A DNA stretch of 64,000 bases from assembly GCA_032718475.1 (NCBI GenBank), contig JAUCBJ010007860.1, forward strand, positions 1 through 64,000, written 5' to 3'. Source of the stretch: Nemertoderma westbladi. Lineage: Eukaryota > Animalia > Xenacoelomorpha. Both the position numbers and the translations under genes were made by a program. Numbering within the stretch: the first letter of the stretch is position 1; every line of letters begins with the position of its first letter. Below the pieces are notes generated by a model. That model did no database searches. It saw only the letters and a list, made by a program, of their open reading frames with translations, and was not told where the DNA came from. Positions 54,670-64,000 of this stretch are shown piece after piece.

Positions 54670-55575
54670 AGGGCGGAACTATAGGAACGTAGACAAAGGT
54701 GGAACTATAGGAACAAAATGTAGATACGGGCGGAACTATAAGAAAAAAATGTAAGGTACGGGCGGAACTATAATAACAGAATGTAGACACGGGTGGAACT
54801 ATAAGAACAAAATGTAAACACGGATGGAACTATAAGAACAAAATGTAGCCACGGGTGGAACTATAAGAACAAAATGTAGATACGGGTGGAACTATAAGAA
54901 CAAAATGTAGCCACGGGTGGAACTATAGGAACAAAATGTAGACACGGGTGGAACTATAAGAACAAAATGTAGACACGGATGGAACTATAAGAACAAAATG
55001 TAGACACGGGTGGAACTATAGGAACAAAATGTAGACACGGGTGGAACTATAGGAACAAAATGTAAACACGGATGGAACTATAAGAACAAAATGTAGACAC
55101 GGGTGGAACTATAAGAACAAAATGTAGCCACGGGTGGAACTATAAGAACAAAATGTAGCCACGGATGGAACTATATGAACAAAATGTAGACACGGGTGGA
55201 ACTATAAGAACAAAATGTAGCCACGGATGGAACTATAAGAACAAAATGTAGACACGGGTGGAACTATAAGAACAAAATGTAGACACGGGTGGAACTATAG
55301 GAACAAAATGTAGATACGGGCGGAACTATAAGAACAAAATGTAGATACGGGCGGAACTATAAGAACAAAATGTAGACACGGGTGGAACTATAAGAACAAA
55401 ATGTAGATACGGGCGGAACTATAGGAACAAAATGTAGACACGGGTGGAACTATAAGAACAAAATGTAGATACGGGCGGAACTATAAGAACAAAATGTAGA
55501 TACGGGCGGAACTATAAGAACAAAATGTAGATACGGGCGGAACTATAAGAACAAAATATAGATACGGGCGGAACT
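54670..55575 (+). repeat. 31-bp satellite, about 29 copies, unit B
   Basis: Same monomer as 9000-14630. About 270 bp of the left flank is deleted relative to unit A. Confidence 0.96.
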
Positions 55576-55726
55576 CCAACCTAAAATGTATCCCTAATCT
55601 CCCACTTAGCTTCCCCAACGCCAACGCACATTTGTAATAAAACGGAGTAATTCTGAAACAATTTATTCCAAATTATTGATTAATTTTATTCAAAATATAA
55701 AATAATATATTAATTTCAAAGAAAAT

Positions 55727-57139
55727 ATGGAATCTCAAGGAGATATTGACCTTTCTCCCAAAGTCTTTCAGGACAACGTACACGGACTCATCGAGCTCCA
55801 TCCACTCCTGGTCCGCTTCATCGACACGCCACAGTTCCAACGACTTCGGGACATCAAGCAGCTCGGTGCTGGCTACTATGTCTTCCCAACAGCCTCACAC
55901 AACCGATTCGAGCATTCTCTTGGAGTCGCGCATCTCGCTAATATCGCACTCCTACAGTTACGTCAGGCACAGCCTGGACTTTCCATCTCCGACACTGACA
56001 TACTCTGCGTCCAATTAGCCGGCCTCTGTCACGACCTAGGTCACGGCCCCTTCAGTCACACCTTCGAGGTGGTCGTATCAAAACTTGCCCAAGCGAACTT
56101 TCTACCGAAAGAATTTGCAACATGGAGACACGAAGACTTCTCTTTGCTAATGTTCGACCATCTCATAGAATCCAATAACTTATCCACTGAATTAGTAAAG
56201 TATGGGATAGGAGAAAAGGATCTAATCTTTGTTAAAGACTGTATTCTGGGTGTCCCCAGTCCTGGTTCAGACCGAATGAATGAAAAGTACTTCCTGTACC
56301 AGATAATCTCCAATAAAGCCACTGGAATAGATATGGATCGTTGCGATTACTTAGCTCGCGACTGCTTTCATTTAGGGATACAGAACAGTTTCGAGCATAA
56401 TCGTTTGATAAAGTTTACTCGAGTGATTAGAAACAGCGCAAAACAGCAGGTTTTAGCTTATCGTGATAAAGAATGGGACAACGTGAATGAGTTGTACAAA
56501 ATGCGTGTTAGGCTGCATCGACGATGCTGTCAACATCCTGTTATAAAGAGCATTGAGTATATGATCGCCGATATATTAATGTCCGCTAATCCGTATATAA
56601 AGTTACCCTCAGAAGGAGGTCAACCAATGATGACTATTGCACAGACTATGGCCAATAAAAATATGACCATCTTTACTCATATAACAGATTCGATTTTGCG
56701 GCAAATTGAACTAAGTCAGGATTCTCTTTTGGTAAATTCAAAAAATCTAATAAAAGACATTCGAAGTAGAAAATTATATTATTTCGTCGGAAAACATCTG
56801 CTAAACCTCGAAGATGTCAAAAAAATATCAGATACAAAGAAAAATGTTAAGCAATATTTGTGTGACGTCACAGAACTAGACGAAAGTTTCTTCCTCGTTG
56901 ATATGTACAAAGTGGACTACGGCATAGATTCACCCTTAGAAAGACTGCTTATGTACAACAAGACAAATGCAAACCTACTACAACCAATGAAATCTCTCAA
57001 TTTCCTTGAAAAATCGTGGTCTAACATGTTTCCTACTAAAGATCGTGACACTTATATGAGAGTATATTTGGTTAAAGACTATAGCAAAGGCTATGATGCC
57101 AAAAAGGCTTTTGATAATTGGAGTCAACAGCACTCGTAA
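55727..57139 (+). CDS. SAMHD1: SAMHD1-like dNTP triphosphohydrolase, HD domain only, intronless, copy B
   Basis: 470-aa ORF with the same HD motifs as copy A. It is closer to the canonical sequence (QLGAGYY, MRVRLHRR). Confidence 0.93.
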   Translation: MESQGDIDLSPKVFQDNVHGLIELHPLLVRFIDTPQFQRLRDIKQLGAGYYVFPTASHNRFEHSLGVAHLANIALLQLRQAQPGLSISDTDILCVQLAGLCHDLGHGPFSHTFEVVVSKLAQANFLPKEFATWRHEDFSLLMFDHLIESNNLSTELVKYGIGEKDLIFVKDCILGVPSPGSDRMNEKYFLYQIISNKATGIDMDRCDYLARDCFHLGIQNSFEHNRLIKFTRVIRNSAKQQVLAYRDKEWDNVNELYKMRVRLHRRCCQHPVIKSIEYMIADILMSANPYIKLPSEGGQPMMTIAQTMANKNMTIFTHITDSILRQIELSQDSLLVNSKNLIKDIRSRKLYYFVGKHLLNLEDVKKISDTKKNVKQYLCDVTELDESFFLVDMYKVDYGIDSPLERLLMYNKTNANLLQPMKSLNFLEKSWSNMFPTKDRDTYMRVYLVKDYSKGYDAKKAFDNWSQQHS

Positions 57140-60100
57140 GACTTGTAAATTTTTTGGTATAATTGTTACATAATTATTTAATAATATTTGATTATTTTAT
57201 AATAATAATTTTAATTGCCAACAGTGCCGTTTCTATGCGGCGAGTTGTTATATATCACAGTATATCTCTAGCAAGATATCAAACATTACGGATGATGTAG
57301 TTAGCCAAGTAATTTAGACTTTACAGCCCCAGACGAGTTACTTTGAAACATGACCTACTATAGTAGGTCATGACTAAAACATTAAATTATTTACAGTTGT
57401 CACAGCAACCTAATCAAACAAATAAAATATTAGCCAACACCATCACTACTAATTTGAGAGATTCCACCAACAGTTTACACATAATTTTTAATTACACAAA
57501 TTTTTCGTGCGGTTTGTTTACGCTAAGTATTTTAGAGTGTTATGAGCCTCGTATCTTCACTCACACGTCCGTTCGTGTAACAAACCATTCGAATCAACAC
57601 ACAGTAGATTTACGCTTTATACCTAACAATTATTATATTTAATTATTTAATTTAATATTTAATTTAATATTTAATTTAATTATTATATATTAACAATTAT
57701 TATATTTTTCACTGCATAAGTGTTCATGACAACTTTTATGATAGTAATAATTATACATATCTACAGTAGCACAATATCTTTAAATTGTACCCAATCGCGC
57801 TGTGTGTAACCGCCTTATTAATTCATATATTATTTTTATTCGAAATGTAAATATTATGTAACTACGAAGGTAGAGGTAGAAAAGGATGTACAAAATGTAA
57901 TTACCATAGTAAAACGGCGGGCGGGTGGGATACCAAAATAGTAGTAGCGTCCACAGGACCCAACATGTAGGCAGGGTCCGTTGCCGATACTTCCGCTACA
58001 GGCCAACCACTAATTACTTTCATTTTACTGATTTATCTGCATACTGTACCGGTTACCGGTCCGATACAACAGTTGACCTACCTCACATGTCGTAGCTAAA
58101 ATAATAAGCGTCAGACGTCAGTACCGGTATGTCAAAACAGCATTTTAACGTTATATATAATTTGTACCGGTACGAGTACTGTAGCTGTAGGCACAAGCGA
58201 CGCTATCTGTTTCTGTATACTGTCGCTAGAATTAACACGCAACACGTACAGTAGGACCTAATTCAATTTAATGTTAAATTTAACATTAGCAGCGTTTGTT
58301 TGATAAAATAAATATTAAAATTTTAGAATAAAATTAGATACTCCAAGTCTAATCTGGCACCCAGTTCTCGACTCTATCACAAGCCTTGAAGAAATAAAAT
58401 AGTTAAATTATTGATGATCAACTTCTGGCAACCCTAAAGTAATAATGCTTCCAACTAGAAAGCCAGCAAGCTGGCTGGAAGGAACCCGGGGGAAAAATCC
58501 TAGCCAAGACTATTACAAAGAACTATGTCAGTCAGCAGTAAGTAAACTAAAATTGTCTAAACTGCAAGACGTGAGGCTAGCTGACTTTGTGGCTCGCCCC
58601 ACATAATAAAAAATGCAACTTAGCTACCACTAACAAAAATATAATATGAAGCAAATAATTTCATTATCAAGAACGTTTACAAGATATAAGATGCGATTAC
58701 CGAATATTTATAAAAAATGCCCGTTTTGTAAGTTTGTATCCACTTAAAAACCAAAGTAAAAAAGGTAAGATTTTATGATGTTAGAATTACAATTTTGGAA
58801 TAATAATGAATAATAATTAATGTATTTGTTTATGGATAGTCTAGGCAACTCACACTATGGTAACTAAATCAGCAAGCGCTATACAGTATGTATAGTAGTA
58901 GCAATATAGTTAAGCAGACTGCTAGCTATCATTATAATTAAGATTAGGGTTCAATGTTAGTAAACCAAACATCATTCGCAGATAATTTTATTGCTCTCCA
59001 AAATTTTTGTATGTGTAATTTATAAAAAAATTGTTGGGCTAGAAACAATGAATTAGGGTTAACAAGGTGTCCTGAATCGAGTTGCGGGGTGTGTTGTTGT
59101 AAAAAATTTGTTGGAACTAGTTGAAATGGCGGGATTGTAAGCGCAGGAAGCAAATTTTGAAAATCGACTGTGATTGGATGCTACATATTTGACATCAGTA
59201 CAAAATGCTCTGATCTTTATGATATTTTTCATCGTGGTTTCTATGGAGGGTGATTTTTGATCCATTCAATTACACATTAAATCCTTTGGGGGGGGGGGGG
59301 GGGGGGGTGGACATGTCACTGAATTACGACATTATATTCCAGGACATGTCACTGAATTACGACATTATATTCCAGGACATGGTGTAATGCACAGAAAAGG
59401 AGGCACTACTATAGCTTGTGTGACCGACCATAAGGGACAATTTTTAGAGGTTTTCGCATGACTTTTTTCAATTTTTTTGTGGATGGTGGTTGATTATCTG
59501 GCATTCGATTGAGTGATAGTTCGTAAATTTTCTTAGGTAGCCAGTGTTTTTATAAGGTATAGCCAGTGTTTTTTTTAAAAATACATGAGGATTTAATAAA
59601 AATTGCATTAGATTGCAATTACAATAGCTAAAATTTGAATAATTTTTTTAGATATTTTAGGTATTTTAAAAACACTTGTTACCAAGCAAAATTTACAAGC
59701 TACCACTAAATCGAATGTCAGCCAATTGTTAGAGAATTGAAATGAAATGAAATTAATTAAATTAATTGAAACTTTAAAATCTTCCCTTGAATGTTCGCGA
59801 CCCGGCACTAGTATAGTATCGATGCCGAAATTTTAGATGTTTTTTGATTTTTTTCTTTTTAGATTAAAATATTTTTGACATGTTGTTTGGCTTTGTATTA
59901 TCAATTTCATTCTAGAATTACCGGTATATATTTTTGTTGCTATGGTTACATAAATAAAATAAATTTCAAATTACTTAAAGAATAATGTATTTCTTTTTGT
60001 AATGCATTTTTATTTCTTATTGTAATGCTTTTTTATTTCTTATTGTTATTGACAAATATATTTGAGGATTAAATGACACTTGTCATTTTTTTACAATAAA

Positions 60101-60721
60101 AAGTACTAGCCAACATAAAATCTAAATTACTGGCTACCATATTTTTGCCAGATGTTCAAATATTTGTTCTAGAACAAAAAACGTCATAATAAAAGACATT
60201 TTCACAAGAAAAAATCGGTCAATTTTTTTTATTGTTTCAATTATGATTTTTTCACTAGCTAATATAAAGTAATAGCTAACACAAAATAAAAATTACTGGC
60301 TACCATCTTCAGATGGTAAATATTTGTTCTAGAACAAAAAACCTCATGATAAAAACCGATAATCACTAATATAATTAATCGATGTTTGTTTTTAAATTTG
60401 GGCATAGATACTATACTAGTGGCTCGCGACCCCACTAAAGATATCTAATTGCTTTATGTCTTCCAGTTCCTGCCCTCTGATGGTTTGCGTATGGTTCTCA
60501 GTTTTGCACATAATAATTTCAAGAATAATTGAAATTGGTGCAAGGAATTAATTAAAATAATTATAAAGTTCTCTGGCATGTCTGGTGTGTTCCAAAAGTT
60601 ACTGAAGATGAACAATTTTGGTTGGAGTTGGACTACAACGTTTCCCGGTGGAGTTGTTTCCCACTGCTACCTTCGGGTAGCAGCTATCAAATGAGGAGCC
60701 TTAGGGTCGCCTCCGGCTTCG

Positions 60722-61272
60722 GCCGACTGCTTGCTTTACTTATAAATGAATTGTTGTGGGGTGGGTGACGGGGAATTAAATATATGTTATACAGTGTAGT
60801 ACATTATGATAATGTTTTCCATAGCGAAAAATATCAACCGCCCCTATTGGAACTCGAACCCGGTACCTAGGTTTCAAACTTACGGTTATCATCAGCCGAG
60901 TGTGTGTCCTAAGACCACTGAGCTACCAGGGCGGTAGAAGATTTATTCGCTATGGAGTGGGCTATCATATATTTAGGCCTTTTACAGTCACTCATAGGAA
61001 AGTACAACGTTATTCCCGTGCTCTGCCAGAAATTGCAACCATACCTCAAAGAATAACTATTATACAGTGTTGTAGAAACCACTGATACCCCGTATGCTAG
61101 TGAATTACCCGTCACTCACCCCACAACAATTCATTTATAATTAATTAACAAGCATGGCCGGTAATAGTAGTTTCTACCGCCCTGGTAGCTCAGTGGTCTT
61201 AGGACACACACTCGACTGATGATAACCGGAAGTTTGAAACCTAGGTACAGGGTTCGAGCCCCAATAGGGGCT
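60722..61272. mobile_element. tRNA-promoter/hammerhead element, unit C (intact minus-strand ribozyme at 60858-60901)
   Basis: Copy of 7920-8470. Confidence 0.72.
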
Positions 61273-61784
61273 ATGTTTGCTTTGATTTATCGCTCAGTTG
61301 ATATCCTCCTCGTTATGCTGCAAAGTAATCAATCAGTTATAAACAACTTCCTGACTTCTTGAACATGTCTTGTGCACCGTGTTCGGTATCCTTCATTGCT
61401 CTAAGTGTATTATTGTTGGTAGGTTTACTACTATGTTTTGGGCCACCCACCTTCAATTTTTTTATACTAGCTAGTTTTTGTGGCTAGGGTATATTTATAT
61501 GAATTTTCCCCGCATTGCTCGCTCGGTACATAAATACACTCGGTTTTTTACACAATGATGTTTGTTCGAATTTTATCAGACTCCCAGGTTGAAAACCCAC
61601 CTCCTTTGAGGCACAAATACAAAGGGCCCCAAATATATTTTGTTCTATAACAATTTTTATACTATCAAATTTTGCAATTTTTTTTAAAAGATGTTACAGT
61701 AGCTACCGGGATTATTAATTAATTATTATCAATTAATATTCTGGAATCAATATTGCTTGTTCTGTAGAACATTTTGATTATAAT

Positions 61785-64000
61785 AACAAAATGAAACGCA
61801 GGCGGAATTATAAGAAAATATAGCCGCGGGCGGAACTATAGGAACGTAGACACAGGTGGAACTATAGGAACAAAATGTAGATACGGGCGGAACTATAATA
61901 ACAGAATGTAGACACGGGTGGAACTATAGGAACAAAATGTAGACACGGGTGGAACTATAGGAACAAAATGTAGATACGGGCGGAACTATAATAACAGAAT
62001 GTAGACACGGATGGAACTATAAGAACAAAATGTAGACACGGGTGGAACTATAGGAACAAAATGTAGATACGGGCGGAACTATAATAACAGAATGTAGACA
62101 CGGATGGAACTATAAGAACAAAATGTAGACACGGGTGGAACTATAGGAACAAAATGTAGATACGGGCGGAACTATAATAACAGAATGTAGACACGGGCGG
62201 AACTATAGGAACAAAATGTAGACACGGGTGGAACTATAAGAACAAAATGTAGCCACGGGTGGAACTATAGGAACAAAATGTAGACACGGGTGGAACTATA
62301 GGAACAAAATGTAGATACGGGCGGAACTATAATAACAGAATGTAGCCACGGCTGGAACTATAAGAACAAAATGTAGACACGGATGGAACTATAAGAACAA
62401 AATGTAGACACGGGTGGAACTATAGGAACAAAATGTAGATACGGGCGGAACTATAATAACAGAATGTAGCCACGGATGGAACTATAAGAACAAAATGTAG
62501 ACACGGGTGGAACTATAAAAACAAAATGTAGACACGGGTAGAACTATAAGAACAAAATGTAGACACGGGTGGAACTATAAGAACAAAATGTAGACACGGG
62601 TGGAACTATAAGAACAAAATGTAGCCACGGGTGGAACTATAGGAACAAAATGTAGACACGGGTGGAACTATAGGAACAAAATGTAGATACGGGTGGAACT
62701 ATAGGAACAAAATGTAGACACGGGTGGAACTATAGGAACAAAATGTAGATACGGGCGGAACTATAATAACAGAATGTAGACACGGATGAAACTATAAGAA
62801 CAAAATGTAGCCACGGGTGGAACTATAGGAACAAAATGTAGACACGGGTGGAACTATAGGAACAAAATGTAGATACGGGCGGAACTATAATAACAGAATG
62901 TAGACACGGGTGGAACTATAAGAACAAAATGTAGACACGGATGGAACTATAAGAACAAAATGTAGACACGGGTGGAACTAGAAAACCAACATGTAGATAC
63001 GGGTGGAACTATAGGAACAAAATGTAGACACGGGTGGAACTATAAGAACAAAATGTAGACACGGGTGGAACTATAGGAACAAAATATAGACACGGGTGGA
63101 ACTATAAGAACAAAATGTAGACACGGGTGGAACTATAGGAACAAAATTTAGACACGGGTGGAACTATAAGAACAAAATGTAGACACGGGTGGAACTATAG
63201 GAACAAAATGTAGACACGGGTGGAACTATAGGAACAAAATGTAGACACGGGTGGAACTATAGGAACAAAATGTAGACACGGGTGGAACTATAGGAACAAA
63301 ATGTAGATACGGGCGGAACTATAAGAACAAAATGTAGCCACGGATGGAACTATAGGAACAAAATGTAGACACGGGTGGAACTATAGGAACAAAATGTAGA
63401 CACGGGCGGAACTATAAGAACAAAATGTAGACACGGGTGGAACTATAAGAACAAAATGTAGCCACGGATGGAACTATAAGAACAAAATGTAGACACGGGT
63501 GGAACTATAGGAACAAAATGTAGATACGGGCGGAACTATAAGAACAAAATGTTGACACGGGTGGAACTATAGGAACAAAATGTAGACACGGGTGGAACTA
63601 TAGGAACAAAATGTAGATACGGGCGGAACTATAATAACAGAATGTAGACACGGATGGAACTATAGGAACAAAATGTAGACACGGGTGGAACTATAGGAAC
63701 AAAATGTAGATACGGGCGGAACTATAAGAACAAAATGTAGCCACGGATGGAACTATAGGAACAAAATGTAGATACGGGCGGAACTATAATAACAGAATGT
63801 AGACACGCATGGAACTATAAGAACAAAATGTAAACACGGATGGAACTATAAGAACAAAATGTAGAGACGGGCGGAACTATAATAACAGAATGTAGACACG
63901 GATGGAACTATAAGAACAAAATGTAAACACGGATGGAACTATAAGAACAAAATGTAGATACGGGCGGAACTATAATAACAAAATGTAGACACGGGTGGAA
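61785..64000 (+). repeat. 31-bp satellite, more than 70 copies, unit C (runs off the window)
   Basis: Same monomer as in units A and B. Confidence 0.96.

Larger units (their letters stand above)
45060..59283 (+). repeat. Segmental duplication unit B (copy of 1-16576 plus 36427-38246)
   Basis: Position 1 aligns with 45060. The ORF track repeats (421/45480, 3959/48742, 14776/55727, 37907/58944). Unit B lacks the BEL insertion. Confidence 0.96.
59284..64000 (+). repeat. Segmental duplication unit C (partial; copy of unit A from about 6515 onward)
   Basis: It begins at a poly-G tract and repeats the MITE (59804-60423), the hammerhead element and the satellite. ORFs 8097 and 60900 are identical. 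Confidence 0.95.

Overview
AT-rich eukaryotic DNA, probably from an invertebrate animal. The window is a tandem segmental duplication with unit A at about 1-45059, unit B at 45060-59283 and a partial unit C at 59284-64000. Units A and B carry, in order, TE debris, a tRNA-promoter/hammerhead-ribozyme element, a 31-bp satellite and an intronless HD-domain-only SAMHD1-like gene; unit C runs off the window inside its satellite. Unit A also carries a recent, full-length 19.8-kb BEL/Pao LTR retrotransposon (16577-36421, minus strand, 5-bp TSD CACAA, empty site visible in unit B). This element is unusual in five ways. (i) It has no tRNA-type PBS; the 12 nt flush with the 5' LTR are perfectly complementary to a 12-mer inside its own LTR, as in Tf1-style self-priming. 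(ii) Its LTR ends are TA...TA rather than TG...CA. (iii) A second 1241-aa ORF in the env position encodes a DEDDy 3'-5' exonuclease-like domain plus three CCHC knuckles. (iv) Each LTR holds a tRNA-derived Pol III cassette. (v) A 17-nt bulged stem-loop motif recurs at least 8 times across coding and non-coding parts. All calls are by eye from the sequence and ORF track; no database searches or folding programs were run.
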